64,000 nucleotides of DNA from Candidatus Marinacidobacterium sp. (GTDB lineage: Bacteria > Acidobacteriota > Vicinamibacteria > Marinacidobacterales > Marinacidobacteraceae): the NCBI GenBank assembly GCA_965220965.1, contig OZ244852.1:128001-192000 (forward strand). Direction: 5' to 3'. Under the pieces are notes generated by a model. The model was not told the DNA's origin. It was given only the letters and a program-made list of their open reading frames with translations, and did not search any database. The translations under genes and the position numbers were made by a program. Shown one piece after another: positions 49,913-60,692 of the stretch. Positions within the stretch are counted from its first letter, which is position 1. Each line of letters opens with the position of its first letter.

Positions 49913-51337
49913 ATGCGGCTAGTCGTTCTCGGTGCGGGTCAGATGGGGGAGCACCTCCTCCGCCACCTGAGCCGGTCGCCGGAGCGGCACGATGTCACCC
50001 TCGTCGAGCTCGACCCGGACACCCGGGCTCACTTCGAGCGGAAGTACGACATAGCCGCCGCCGAGGGCGACGCCGGGGTTGCGACGGTCCTGCTGGAGCA
50101 CGGGGAGGGCGCTGATGTGCTGTTCGCGCTGACGAACAGCGACGCGACGAACCTGCTCGCGGCGGTGACCGCGACGGACCCGGCGATCGGCGTCCGCCGC
50201 GCGGTGGTGCGCCTGAGCGACCATCGCCACCGGAACAACCCGCTCCTCGGGCGCGATGGCCGCGAGGCCTCGGTCGCGACGATCTTTCCCGAGGACCTCG
50301 TGGCCCGCGAGATCCTCGGGATCATCCGCCATCCGGGCGCGCTCTCGTTCCGCTCCTTCGCCGACGGCGCCCTCTCGCTGGTGCGCGCCCGGCCCCAACG
50401 CGAGTTCGTCTTCGGCAAGGCGATCCAGGACCTCGACGTGGCCCCGCAGCGCTGGATCGTCACCGGGATCCTCCGGAAGCAGGCGAGCGGGCAAACGGGG
50501 GTTACGGGGCTCCTCGGGCCGGCTGACGAAGGCGGGGAGCCCCGCGAACTCCACATCCCCCGGGGCGACAGCCGGGTCGAGGACGGCGATGAAATCTTTG
50601 CGGTGGGGCCGACCCATTCGGCCGGGGACTTCCTCGACGCGATCGGCTCCACCGGCCGGCCGGCGCGCCGAGTCGTGGTCGCCGGGCTCGGTCAGGTCGG
50701 CCGCCGCCTCACCGAGTTCCTCCTCGACGCTGAAGTGGATGTGACCGTGATCAAGCACCGGCCCAGCCGCAAGGTGTCGGTGCCGGCCCCGACGATCGTG
50801 GGGGACGCCGCCCAGGAGGACATCCTCGCCGAGGCCGAGGTCGAGGGGGCCGACTTCTTCGTGGCCGCCACCGGGACCGACGAGGTGAACCTGATGGCGG
50901 CGTGCCTCGCCCGCAAGCTGGGCGCCCGCCGCACGATCGCGCTTCACAACCGCGACGACCTTCGCGAGGTCCTCCAGACGCTCGGCGTGGACCATCCCAT
51001 CTCGCCCGGCGTGATCACCGCCGGCGAGCTCATGCGCCAGCTCCATTCGCGGGCGCTGGTGCGGCTCGACTGGGTCGGAAGCGGCGGCGAGCTGGTCGAG
51101 ATCGAGGTCGCCGAGGGCAGCCCGGCCACCCGGGCGCCGCTCGCCGTCCTCGACTTCCCGCGGGACGCCATCGTCGGCGAAGTCCGGCGTCCCGACATGG
51201 CGCCGTTCGTCCCGAACGGGGACTACCGCTTCCGGGCGGGAGAGACGGTCGTGCTCTTCATCCGCGCCGGCGGCGAGAACCCGGACGCCGAGCGCGAGCT
51301 GCTCGAGGCGCTGGAGCGGCTGTTCGGACGGCCGTGA
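49913..51337 (+). CDS. trkA: Trk potassium uptake NAD-binding subunit
   Basis: MRLVVLGAGQMG, two RCK N/C pairs, D..NL motifs; own TACACT at 49889-49894. Confidence 0.9.
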   Translation: MRLVVLGAGQMGEHLLRHLSRSPERHDVTLVELDPDTRAHFERKYDIAAAEGDAGVATVLLEHGEGADVLFALTNSDATNLLAAVTATDPAIGVRRAVVRLSDHRHRNNPLLGRDGREASVATIFPEDLVAREILGIIRHPGALSFRSFADGALSLVRARPQREFVFGKAIQDLDVAPQRWIVTGILRKQASGQTGVTGLLGPADEGGEPRELHIPRGDSRVEDGDEIFAVGPTHSAGDFLDAIGSTGRPARRVVVAGLGQVGRRLTEFLLDAEVDVTVIKHRPSRKVSVPAPTIVGDAAQEDILAEAEVEGADFFVAATGTDEVNLMAACLARKLGARRTIALHNRDDLREVLQTLGVDHPISPGVITAGELMRQLHSRALVRLDWVGSGGELVEIEVAEGSPATRAPLAVLDFPRDAIVGEVRRPDMAPFVPNGDYRFRAGETVVLFIRAGGENPDAERELLEALERLFGRP

Positions 51338-52911
51338 ACCCCCGCGACCCCGCGCCGGGCGCGGCGCGCCACCTCGCGGGCCTTGTGGGTGGACTCGTCG
51401 GGGCGCTGGGGGTGGCGACCCTGATTCCGCTCGGCCTGGCGCTGGCTCTCGGGGAGCCCGAGTGGTCCGCATTCGCCGTCCCGGCGGCGATCGGGATCGG
51501 AGTCGGGTGGTTCACACGCCGTCATCGACCGTCCGGCGCCGATCGGCGCGACCCGGGATTCATCGTCCCCTCTCCCGGGGCGGCGTCCCGGGCCTATGGC
51601 TTCGTGGTGAGCGCGTGGGTCTTCGCCACGCTCTTCGGCGCGCTCCCGTACCTCGGCGTCTTCGGGCCCGGGTTCCTGGTCAACGCCCTGTTCGAGTCGG
51701 CCTCCGGATTCTCGACGACCGGGGCCACGATCTTCCCCGACGTGGAGTCCCTCCCGCGGTCCCTCCTGCTGTGGAGAGCGCTGACCCAGTGGCTCGGCGG
51801 GCTGGGGATCGTGATCCTCTTCGTGTGGTGGCTGGGACGCCACGCCTTCGGACTCGATGTCCTCTCCGCCGAGGCGCCGGGGCCGACACCCGAAAAGACC
51901 GAACCCAAGATCACCGAGACCGCCCGCGACACCGTCGTGGTCGGCGTGGTGCTGACGCTCGTCGTCGCCGGCGTCCTTCTCGGGCTCGGCCTCGGACCCT
52001 TCGACGCGGTCTGTCACGCGCTGACGACGCTGGCGACCGGCGGGTTCTCGACCCGGAACGAGAGTCTCGGAGCGTTCTCCCCGTCGGTGCAGTGGGCGGT
52101 CACCGCGTTCATGCTGATCGGCGGGATCCGGTTCGCCATCCATGTCCACGAGGCGAAACGCGTCGCCCGCGGCCTCGCGGCGCTCGGAAAGTGGATCCGG
52201 CGGGAGCCGCGGCTTCCGAGGCCGCCGGCCGCCAGCTACTGGAAGGATCCCGAGCTCCGGCTCTATCTGGGGATCATCGCGGTCGCGACCCTGCTGCTCG
52301 CCGGCAGCCGGGGACTCGCCGGGATCGAGACGCCGGAAGCCCTCCGCCACGCCGCGTTCCAGGCGGTCTCGATCATCACCGCATCGGGGTTCTCGGTCGA
52401 CAACTACGACGCGTGGTCCGATTTCTCGCGCTCGCTTCTCTTCGTGCTCATGTTCGTGGGCGGCTGCGTCGGCTCGACCGCCGGATCCATCAAGGTCCTG
52501 CGGTGGCTCATCCTGTTCCGGAAGGCGCCGCTCGCGCTCCGCACCGTGAACCAGCCCCACACCGAGATCCGGGTCCATGTCGGGAAGGCCGCCGTCCCGC
52601 CCACTGTCACCGCGACGATCGGCGAGTTCGTGCTGCTGTTTCTCGGCGTCACGGTGGCCGGGGCGCTCGTGATCGTGGCGATGGGGGTCGAGCCGATCAC
52701 GGCGTTCAGCGCGTCGGCGGCGGCGGTCACGAACGTCGGACCGGGGTTCGCCGAGGTCGGGCCCGCCGCCAACTACGCGCACCTCCCCGTCGGCGCGCGC
52801 GTTCTGCTCCCGGTCCTGATGATCGCCGGGCGTCTCGAGCTCGTCACCGTGGCGGTCCTGCTGTCCGCGCCCGCGCGCCAGATCCGCACCCGCCTCCGGG
52901 CGCTGAAGTAG
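51334..52911 (+). CDS. trkH: Trk potassium uptake permease
   Basis: [47 protein letters not shown]. Confidence 0.93.
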   Translation: MNPRDPAPGAARHLAGLVGGLVGALGVATLIPLGLALALGEPEWSAFAVPAAIGIGVGWFTRRHRPSGADRRDPGFIVPSPGAASRAYGFVVSAWVFATLFGALPYLGVFGPGFLVNALFESASGFSTTGATIFPDVESLPRSLLLWRALTQWLGGLGIVILFVWWLGRHAFGLDVLSAEAPGPTPEKTEPKITETARDTVVVGVVLTLVVAGVLLGLGLGPFDAVCHALTTLATGGFSTRNESLGAFSPSVQWAVTAFMLIGGIRFAIHVHEAKRVARGLAALGKWIRREPRLPRPPAASYWKDPELRLYLGIIAVATLLLAGSRGLAGIETPEALRHAAFQAVSIITASGFSVDNYDAWSDFSRSLLFVLMFVGGCVGSTAGSIKVLRWLILFRKAPLALRTVNQPHTEIRVHVGKAAVPPTVTATIGEFVLLFLGVTVAGALVIVAMGVEPITAFSASAAAVTNVGPGFAEVGPAANYAHLPVGARVLLPVLMIAGRLELVTVAVLLSAPARQIRTRLRALK

Positions 52912-52984
52912 CCGGGTCCGGGGGGCGCGGCTCCGCTCCGGCGGGCGCCGTCGCGACCGGGCGTCCCCCTACAATCCCTCCGCC

Positions 52985-54949
52985 GTGTCCGCCAAGTCCA
53001 ACTCCGGTCCCGAGATCGAAACCCTGCTCGCCGAGAACCGGGTGATCGCCCCGCCCGAAGCGTTTCGGAGGGCGGCGAACGTCCAGGACGAAGGGATCTA
53101 CCGCGAAGCAGCGAGCGATCCCGAAGGGTTCTGGGAGAAGCAGGCCGCGCAGCTCGAGTGGTCCCGCGGCTGGGACCGCGTCCTCGACTGGAACCCGCCC
53201 TACGCGCGTTGGTTCGTCGGGGGACGGCTGAACGCCAGCGTCAACTGTCTCGACCGCCACATCGCCGCCGGCCGCGGCGACCGCATCGCCTTCTGGTGGG
53301 AAGGGGAGCCGGGCGATCGCCGGACGCTGACCTACGCCGAACTGCACCGCGAGGTCTGCCGGTTTGCGAACGCGCTTCGCGCCCTCGGAGTCGGGAAGGG
53401 CGACCGGGTCGCGATCTACCTGGGGATGGTTCCGGAACTCCCGGTGGCCATGCTGGCCTGCGCCCGGATCGGGGCGCCCCACAGCGTGGTGTTCGCCGGG
53501 TTCTCGGCCGCCTCGCTTCGCGACCGGATCAACGACGCCGAGGCGAAGGTCGTGATCACCGCCGACGGCGGCCACCGGCGCGGCGGGATCGTCCCCCTGA
53601 AGGCCATCTCCGACGAGGCCGTCGCCGGGGCGCCCTCGGTCACCGGCGTGGTCGTCGTCCGCCGCACCGAACAGCCCGTCCCGATGGTCGCCGGGCGCGA
53701 CCACTGGTGGCATGACCTCGTCGCGGACGCCGCCGACGAGGCCGAACCCGAGGAGATGGACTCCGAGGATGTCCTCTACATCCTCTACACCTCGGGAACG
53801 ACCGGTAAGCCGAAGGGGATCGTTCACACCACCGGCGGCTATCTGACCGGCGTCACCGCGACCGCGCGCGCCGTCTTCGACCTGAAGGACGACGACGTCT
53901 GGTGGGCGGCGGCCGATATCGGCTGGGTCACCGGCCATTCCTACATCGTCTACGGGCCGCTGGCGCTCGGCGTGTCGCAGGTCCTCTACGAAGGCGCCCC
54001 CGACTGGCCGGACCGGGCGAGGATCTGGTCGCTCATCGAGCGCTACCGGGTCACCGTCCTCTACACCGCGCCCACCGCGATCCGGGCGTTCATGAAGTGG
54101 GGCGATCAGCATCCGCAATCGAAGGACCTGGGTTCGCTGCGCCTCCTCGGCACCGTCGGCGAGCCGATCAATCCAGAGGCCTGGGTCTGGTACCACCGCA
54201 CGATCGGCGGCGGACGCTGCCCGGTGGTGGACACCTGGTGGCAGACCGAGACCGGGGCGGTCATGTGCAGTCCGCTTCCCGGGATCACCGCGCTGAAGCC
54301 GGGCTCCGCGACCCGCGCCTTCCCCGGGATCTCGCTCGAGGTGCTCGACCGGCGCGGAGACCCGGTCGAAGTGGGCGGCGGGCTGCTCGCCATCACGCGC
54401 CCGTGGCCCTCGATGCTTCGCGGGATCTGGCGGGACCCGGAGCGGTTCGAGGCGACCTACTGGAGCCAGTGGAAGGACGTCTATTTCCCCGCCGACGGAG
54501 CGCACCGGGACGAGGACGGCTACTTCTGGATCATGGGCCGGGTCGACGATGTCCTGAACGTCTCCGGCCACCGGCTCGGGGCCGCCGAGATCGAGAGCGC
54601 CCTCGTCGAACATGACGCCGTCGCCGAGGCCGCGGTCGTCGGGCGGCCGCACGAAATCAAGGGTGAGGGAATCGCCGCCTTCGTCGTTCTCCGCGAGGCG
54701 GCCGCCGACACGATGGGCCGCGACGAACTCATCCGCGATCTGCGGACCCATGTGGGGAAGGCCATCGGCCCCATCGCGCGCCCCGACGACATCGTGATCG
54801 CCGCCGATGTCCCGAAGACGCGCTCGGGGAAGATCATGCGCCGGCTGCTGCGCGACATCGCCGCCGGAAAGGCCATCGGCGACACGACGACCCTGGCGGA
54901 CCCGGCGGTCGTCGAACGGCTCAAGGAGGAGTACGGGGATGACGAGTGA
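52985..54949 (+). CDS. acs: Acetyl-CoA synthetase
   Basis: [49 protein letters not shown]. Confidence 0.97.
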   Translation: MSAKSNSGPEIETLLAENRVIAPPEAFRRAANVQDEGIYREAASDPEGFWEKQAAQLEWSRGWDRVLDWNPPYARWFVGGRLNASVNCLDRHIAAGRGDRIAFWWEGEPGDRRTLTYAELHREVCRFANALRALGVGKGDRVAIYLGMVPELPVAMLACARIGAPHSVVFAGFSAASLRDRINDAEAKVVITADGGHRRGGIVPLKAISDEAVAGAPSVTGVVVVRRTEQPVPMVAGRDHWWHDLVADAADEAEPEEMDSEDVLYILYTSGTTGKPKGIVHTTGGYLTGVTATARAVFDLKDDDVWWAAADIGWVTGHSYIVYGPLALGVSQVLYEGAPDWPDRARIWSLIERYRVTVLYTAPTAIRAFMKWGDQHPQSKDLGSLRLLGTVGEPINPEAWVWYHRTIGGGRCPVVDTWWQTETGAVMCSPLPGITALKPGSATRAFPGISLEVLDRRGDPVEVGGGLLAITRPWPSMLRGIWRDPERFEATYWSQWKDVYFPADGAHRDEDGYFWIMGRVDDVLNVSGHRLGAAEIESALVEHDAVAEAAVVGRPHEIKGEGIAAFVVLREAAADTMGRDELIRDLRTHVGKAIGPIARPDDIVIAADVPKTRSGKIMRRLLRDIAAGKAIGDTTTLADPAVVERLKEEYGDDE

Positions 54950-56429
54950 GCACCGGGGAGCGACTCCGGCCGTCGGCGTCGAGGCGATCTCGCCGCCGGG
55001 CCCCGGCGCGCTGGTCGTTTTCCTGTTCGACGACGAGCTGGACCTCGTCGGGACGCCGCCGGCGGGCCACGAGGACTTCGTCGCGAACGCGGGACGCGTG
55101 TTCGCCGACAAGGACGTCCGCTCGCCGGTCGCCGGCCACGACGGTCCGCAGCGCCCCGCCGCGCTCGCGCTCCACACCGGGTCGGCCCGGGGCTGGCCGA
55201 CGACCGAGGCGATCCGGATCCTCGGCGCCCGGGCGCTGGCCCACGCCAGGGACTTCGGACTGGCCGAAGTCGTCTTCGCGCTCGGCGGGCCGGACGGGCC
55301 CCGGCACGCGGCGGCGGCCGCCGAAGGGGCGGCGCTCGGCGGCTACCGGTTCACCCGCTACCGGAAGGATCCCGGCAAGCCCCCACCGGCGGTGCGCGTC
55401 CTCGTCGGGGAGGACGCCGTCGGGTCCACCGCCGCCGATGTCGAGGCGGCGCGGAGCCTCGCGGTCGAGGTGAATCGCGCCCGCGACCTGATCAACGAGC
55501 CCGGGGAGGCGGTGATCCCCGAGACGCTCGCCGAGGAGGCGCGGCGGATCGGCGTCGAGACCGGGCTCGAAGTCGAGGTCTGGGATGAATCGCGCCTGCG
55601 GGACGAGGGCTACCCGGGCCTGATCTCGGTCGGGCAGGGGAGCCACCGCCCCCCCCTGCTCATCGTGATGCGTCACCGGCCGGCCGATCCCCGGGGCGAT
55701 GGAGCGCATCTGGCGCTCGTCGGAAAGGGAATCACCTTCGACACCGGCGGCATCTCGCTCAAGCCCCCGTCCGGGATGTGGACCATGAAGGGGGACATGT
55801 CCGGCGCCGCCGCCGTCCTGCGCGCCATGTCCGCCGTGGCCCGCGCCGGGCTCCCGGCGACCGTGACCGGCATCGTGGCGACCGCGGAGAACTACCCGGG
55901 GCCGGAGGCCACCCGACCGGGTGACATCTTCGTGGCCCGGAACGGGAAGTCGGTGATGGTGGACAACACCGACGCCGAGGGCCGGCTCGTCCTGACGGAC
56001 GCGCTGGCGCGCGCCGGAGAAGAGGGGGCGACCGACATCGTGGACGTCGCGACCCTGACCGGCGCCTGCGTCCGCGCCCTCGGAACCGGCGTCGCGGGCG
56101 TCATGGGGAACGACCCGGGGCTGATCCGTCAGGTCATCGAGGCGGGCGCGGCTCACGGGGAGGCCCTGTGGGAGCTGCCGCTCGTCGAGGAGTACCGCGA
56201 GGAACTGCGGACCGACTCGGCGGATCTGAAGAACATCGGCGGCATCAACGCCGGCGCGATCACCGCGGGGCTCTTTCTCGAGGAGTTCGTGCCCGAGGGC
56301 GCCCGGTGGGCGCACCTCGACATCGCCGGCCCCTTCCTGGTCGAGAAGCCCTGGAAGTACTTCCCGAAGGGGGCCACCGGCTTCGGCGTCCGGACGCTCT
56401 ACGCGACCGCCGCCGCCTTCGGGGGATAG
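54939..56429 (+). CDS. pepA: Leucyl aminopeptidase (M17)
   Basis: [44 protein letters not shown]. Confidence 0.94.
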   Translation: MTSEHRGATPAVGVEAISPPGPGALVVFLFDDELDLVGTPPAGHEDFVANAGRVFADKDVRSPVAGHDGPQRPAALALHTGSARGWPTTEAIRILGARALAHARDFGLAEVVFALGGPDGPRHAAAAAEGAALGGYRFTRYRKDPGKPPPAVRVLVGEDAVGSTAADVEAARSLAVEVNRARDLINEPGEAVIPETLAEEARRIGVETGLEVEVWDESRLRDEGYPGLISVGQGSHRPPLLIVMRHRPADPRGDGAHLALVGKGITFDTGGISLKPPSGMWTMKGDMSGAAAVLRAMSAVARAGLPATVTGIVATAENYPGPEATRPGDIFVARNGKSVMVDNTDAEGRLVLTDALARAGEEGATDIVDVATLTGACVRALGTGVAGVMGNDPGLIRQVIEAGAAHGEALWELPLVEEYREELRTDSADLKNIGGINAGAITAGLFLEEFVPEGARWAHLDIAGPFLVEKPWKYFPKGATGFGVRTLYATAAAFGG

Positions 56430-56467
56430 CCGGAGAGGCGTCCGCCCGTCCGGGACCTCCGGGGCGG

Positions 56468-57130
56468 TCAGCCCGAACCGGAGACTTCGCCCACCGCCTC
56501 CCGCAGGTGATGCAGAGCGACCGGACCGAAGGCGAGCGAGGGCCCGGTGAGGTCGCGACGCGTCAGTTGCGGCGCCATGAGACCGCCAGCGGTGTGAGGA
56601 CACGCCGGAGCCACCGCATGCACGAGCTCATGGGCGAGGATCCGGCCGAGAGCGATGCCCAGCCGCTGTCGCCCCGCGGCCGGACCCCGCAGGTGTCGCC
56701 TCCGTCCTTTCCGACCGCGGCGCGCCCGCTTTCCCGGAGCTGGAGGGCGGATGCCGAGCGCGCGTTCCGCCTCCCCGACCGACAGGAAGATCGAGCGGGG
56801 CCCTCCGGGATGCCCGACCGCAACGCCGATCGCGCCGGAGGCGGTCGTCCAGTGCGCCGGGATCTCCGGATACACGGTCGCCGGGACGATTCCCGGACCG
56901 GCCCGGGTCACGAAACGCAGCGGTGCGCCCGCGGCGGCGAAGGCCAGCCGGGCTTCGTCGCGGACCTGCTCCTCGAGCCGGTCCGGAAGCAGGTCGTAGG
57001 GGTCGAAGAGCCGCACCCGGATCGTCCCTGGCGGCAGGTCTCCGGCGACGGCTGGTTCGGCGGACGCGGGCGGGTTCAGCCACGGCGCTGCGGCGAGGAG
57101 GGCGATGGGGGCGAGGCGTCCGATGCGCAT
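56468..57130 (-). CDS. Secreted zincin-like hypothetical protein
   Basis: Signal peptide, LGRILAHELVH...H...GLM (HExxH and Met-turn). Confidence 0.7.
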   Translation of the reverse strand: MRIGRLAPIALLAAAPWLNPPASAEPAVAGDLPPGTIRVRLFDPYDLLPDRLEEQVRDEARLAFAAAGAPLRFVTRAGPGIVPATVYPEIPAHWTTASGAIGVAVGHPGGPRSIFLSVGEAERALGIRPPAPGKRARRGRKGRRRHLRGPAAGRQRLGIALGRILAHELVHAVAPACPHTAGGLMAPQLTRRDLTGPSLAFGPVALHHLREAVGEVSGSG

Positions 57131-57276
57131 GTTTCCGGCAACGCGCGCCGGGCGCGACAGTTCGGATCCGCGCCCAATTCGGCGTTTCGCCCGACTTTGT
57201 TGGATCCACCTCCAGAATCCGCCACCGACCCTGGCCTCTCCGGCGACGCCGCTCCTCCATCGGCGGGCCGTTCCGC

Positions 57277-58488
57277 GTGACCGCCGCCGCTCCGCCCCGC
57301 GCCGACTGCGTGGTGATCGGCGGCGGGATCGTGGGGCTCGCGGCGGCGCGGGCCATCGCGCAGGAACCGGGCCGCCCCTCGGTCGCGGTCCTCGAGAAGG
57401 AGCCAGGGGTCGCCCGTCACCAGTCCGGCCGGAACAGCGGAGTGATCCATTCCGGGCTCTACTACCCGGAGGGGTCGCTGCGCGCCCGCAACTGCCGCCG
57501 GGGCGTCGGGTTGCTTCTCGACTTCTGCCGGGAGAACGGTGTGGCGTTCCGCCTGTCCGGGAAGGTCGTGGTGGCTTCCGACCCCGCCGAGCGGGTTCGC
57601 CTCGAGGCGCTCCTCGAGCGGGGCAAGGCGAACGGTGTCCCCGGGCTGAAGATGCTGGACCGCGCCGGGCTCCGCGAGATCGAACCGCACGCCGAGGGCG
57701 TCGCGGCGATTCACTCGCCCACCACCGGCGTCATCCGCTTCCGCGACGTCGCCGAGACGCTGGCCCGCCGGCTGGAGGCCGGCGGCGGTCAGGTCGTGAC
57801 CGGAGCGTCGGTCGAGGCGATCGCCAGCGATGCGGGAGAGACGCGCGTTGTGACGACGGCGGGGGAGGTCCGCTGCCGCACGCTGGTGAACTGCGCCGGC
57901 CTTCACGCGGATCGGGTGGCCCGTCTCGCCGGCGATGAACCGGGGCTCGTCATGGCGCCCTTTCGCGGAGAGTTCTTCCGCGTGCGGGCGGACCGCGCCG
58001 ACCTTGTTCGCGGGATGATCTATCCGACCCCCGATCCGAGGTTCCCGTTCCTGGGGGTCCACCTTCACCGGACCATGGACGGAGCGCTCCACGCCGGCCC
58101 GAACGCGGTGCTGGCGGCGGCGCGGGAGGGTTACCGCTGGCGGGACGTCGTTCTTCGGGATCTCGGCGAGCTGGTTCGCGACCCGGGGCTTCGTCGGCTC
58201 GTGAAGCGCGAGTGGCGGACCGCCGCCGCCGAGGTCCGCCGGTCGCTGTGGAAGCCGACGTTCCTTCGCAGCCTGCGGCGGCTGGTTCCGGAGCTACGCG
58301 GGGAGGATCTCCAGGCGGCGCCGGCGGGCGTCCGGGCGATCGCCGTCGAGCGCGACGGCCGGATCGCCGACGACTTCCGGATCGTGCGCCGGGGGCGGCG
58401 CATCCATGTGCTCAACGCGCCGTCGCCGGCGGCGACCGCCGCGCTCGCGATCGGCGAGCAGATCGCGTCGCTCGCCGGCGAAGAGTGA
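57277..58488 (+). CDS. lhgO: L-2-hydroxyglutarate oxidase
   Basis: GGGIVG, HQSGRNSGVIHSGLYY, NCAGL.ADR, PDPRFPFLGVH, GPNAV, NAPSPAAT. Confidence 0.92.
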   Translation: MTAAAPPRADCVVIGGGIVGLAAARAIAQEPGRPSVAVLEKEPGVARHQSGRNSGVIHSGLYYPEGSLRARNCRRGVGLLLDFCRENGVAFRLSGKVVVASDPAERVRLEALLERGKANGVPGLKMLDRAGLREIEPHAEGVAAIHSPTTGVIRFRDVAETLARRLEAGGGQVVTGASVEAIASDAGETRVVTTAGEVRCRTLVNCAGLHADRVARLAGDEPGLVMAPFRGEFFRVRADRADLVRGMIYPTPDPRFPFLGVHLHRTMDGALHAGPNAVLAAAREGYRWRDVVLRDLGELVRDPGLRRLVKREWRTAAAEVRRSLWKPTFLRSLRRLVPELRGEDLQAAPAGVRAIAVERDGRIADDFRIVRRGRRIHVLNAPSPAATAALAIGEQIASLAGEE

Positions 58489-58512
58489 TGGCTGACCCGG
58501 CGAACTCCGGCT

Positions 58513-59706
58513 TCAGTCCTCGGTCGTCGTTTCGAATCCGGATGGCTCCCGCGCGGGCGAGCGGCGGCGCAGCTCCGCGATGAGCAGCCGGACGACCGTT
58601 CCGTAACTCCGGGCCCCGTCCGGGATCCGCATCGTCCGCAGGTAGGAGTCGTTGACCCGCCGGGCGGCGCCCCGCACCATCCCCCGGTACTGCGCCCAGA
58701 ACGCGTCCAGTTCGTCGAGGTCCCGGCGGGGGCCCGGCCCGAGCGCCGCCCAGGCCCGCTCGCGGTTCTCCGGGCTCGCGTGCCGGACTGCGGCGAGCAG
58801 GTGGCGCGAGGCGTAGAACGACGCCGCGTAGTTCAGGTACGGCTCGCGGCGGTAGCGCGAGAGCGCCAGCCAGGCGGCGAAGCTGGCCTCGCCCTCGTGG
58901 GTGATCGCGCGCTGGTGCGCCTTCTCGTGGGCCGCGGTGAAGGCCACCGCGACGTCCGGAGGGCCGGTGTTCACCGTGGGCTCCCCGGTGAAGGGAACGA
59001 AGATGCCGCTGATCCCCATGCGGGACATGAGGCCGGAGAACACCGCCGGCTTCACCGGCGAGGCGCGCCCGGGCCCGGGGTCGCCCGGCAGGTCCAGCGC
59101 GGCGAAGGCCTCGTCGATCGCGAGGCTCATCCGCCGGAAGCTGAGCGGGTTCTCGGAAACGCGGTCCGTGGGCAGTCCGGCTATCCGGTGCAGCCGCGTC
59201 GTTTCCCGGGCCACCCGGACCGCCAGCCCGACGAGTTCCGATTCGCGAATCTCCCGATCCGGAAGTTCGAGCCGGGGCTCCAGGCGGGGGCGCGCGTAGT
59301 TCAGGCCCCAGACGAACACGAACGCCGCAAAGAGGGCCCCGGCGCTGCCCGCGGCGAACAGGAGGAGCTGCCCGGCGCCACGAAGACCCGAACCGCGCGG
59401 CGCCGCCGGCGGAGGCGCCGGAGATCCGCTTCGGGCGCCGATCCGGGCCAGGCGGTAGACGCGTCGGCCGACGACGAAGAGCAGCGCCGCCCCGGTGAAG
59501 ACCTCAGCCACCGAGAACGGGACGAGGCCGCCGACGAAAGAGAGCAGCCCCACGACGACCGGATAGAAGCCCTCGGTATAGACGGCCTCCACGGCCTCCG
59601 GCCTGCCGAGCGCCCACTGGAAGAGCAGGAGCGCGAGCGCCCCGGCCGCCACTCCGGACACGACGAAGACCCGCCGCCAGGACACGCCCGGTCCCCGCCG
59701 GCTCAT
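58513..59706 (-). CDS. DUF3810 family membrane zinc-metalloprotease-like protein
   Basis: PFSVAE, WGLNYAR, GI..PFTGE, AHEKAHQ...E.EA. Confidence 0.88.
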   Translation of the reverse strand: MSRRGPGVSWRRVFVVSGVAAGALALLLFQWALGRPEAVEAVYTEGFYPVVVGLLSFVGGLVPFSVAEVFTGAALLFVVGRRVYRLARIGARSGSPAPPPAAPRGSGLRGAGQLLLFAAGSAGALFAAFVFVWGLNYARPRLEPRLELPDREIRESELVGLAVRVARETTRLHRIAGLPTDRVSENPLSFRRMSLAIDEAFAALDLPGDPGPGRASPVKPAVFSGLMSRMGISGIFVPFTGEPTVNTGPPDVAVAFTAAHEKAHQRAITHEGEASFAAWLALSRYRREPYLNYAASFYASRHLLAAVRHASPENRERAWAALGPGPRRDLDELDAFWAQYRGMVRGAARRVNDSYLRTMRIPDGARSYGTVVRLLIAELRRRSPAREPSGFETTTED

Positions 59707-59935
59707 GAAGCAACTCTACCGGAGCCGGACCCCCGGGAGGGTCAGTCCGACGATCGGCGGGCGGACCTTTCGTGCGGGAGCGCGGGGCGTGCTGTCTCTA
59801 TGCGGCCAGGACTCCCGGGTCACGCTCCGCCGCTGACAGCGACTCGGCGTGTTTCGGGTTGGTCGAGTCTCCTGGTCTTCTGTGGACCGCTTGCGTGTGT
59901 CCGCGAAGGTGGCGACTTGCTCTCGCCAGCGTCGG

Positions 59936-60607
59936 TCATGGCCGAGGGACGCCGGTTCCGAAGTCCGCCATGGCTTCGCGCAGCGAATCTCCCACGGCCT
60001 CCCAGTCCTCCCGGAGCGCTTCCGAGACGGTGGGAACCCGAGGTGGCTGAGCGCGCGGCCGGAGGAAGAGCGCGCCGGGGTCGAAGACGCTTGCGATCCC
60101 TTCCATCCAGGGCCTCCGAGGCATCTCTCCCGGTGTCCTCGGGTATCGCCGAACGACATCGCGAGCGACGCTCTCGGTCGCCATGTCCGGATAGCGGTTG
60201 TGGATGGCGGCGAGCAGGCGCCCGAACCGCAGCGAAAGGACCCACCGGGCCAGTTCCCTCATGTAGTCCCGCACCGGATCCGACATCCGCTCCAGTCGCT
60301 TCCGCCCCCTGGCCAGGCCGGACGGCGTCAATCCGTAGGTCCTGTATGTGTAGTCGGTCCGGACGACGACATGCCCACTGCCGGCCCAGCGCTCGAGCTC
60401 GTCGAAGATGGCGCGGTCGAACGGCCCGTACCGGTACGGCCGGAACCGGAAGTGCGGGCCGTCAACGAGATCGGGGATCTCGCGATCGATCAGGAACAGA
60501 AGCTTCTGGATCCGGACGGGTTCGAAGAGCGTTCCCGGCAGGCAGGTCGCCATCGCCATGAGAACGATGTCGGAACGCTCGATCGCGCCCGGCTCCTGTG
60601 TGGTCAT
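59936..60607 (-). CDS. YwgA/SocA(Panacea)-like winged-helix protein with a C-terminal extension
   Basis: RIQKLLFL, F.F.PY.YGPFD..I..EL, YGLTPSG, I..RYP. Confidence 0.65.
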   Translation of the reverse strand: MTTQEPGAIERSDIVLMAMATCLPGTLFEPVRIQKLLFLIDREIPDLVDGPHFRFRPYRYGPFDRAIFDELERWAGSGHVVVRTDYTYRTYGLTPSGLARGRKRLERMSDPVRDYMRELARWVLSLRFGRLLAAIHNRYPDMATESVARDVVRRYPRTPGEMPRRPWMEGIASVFDPGALFLRPRAQPPRVPTVSEALREDWEAVGDSLREAMADFGTGVPRP

Positions 60608-60692
60608 CGCAACCGGCTGTTGACCCCGGCGGTGGACAGTACGTGTCTCGCCCGCTGTCGCAAGAGCATTCCGGACGCTGTCCACGCGCCGC

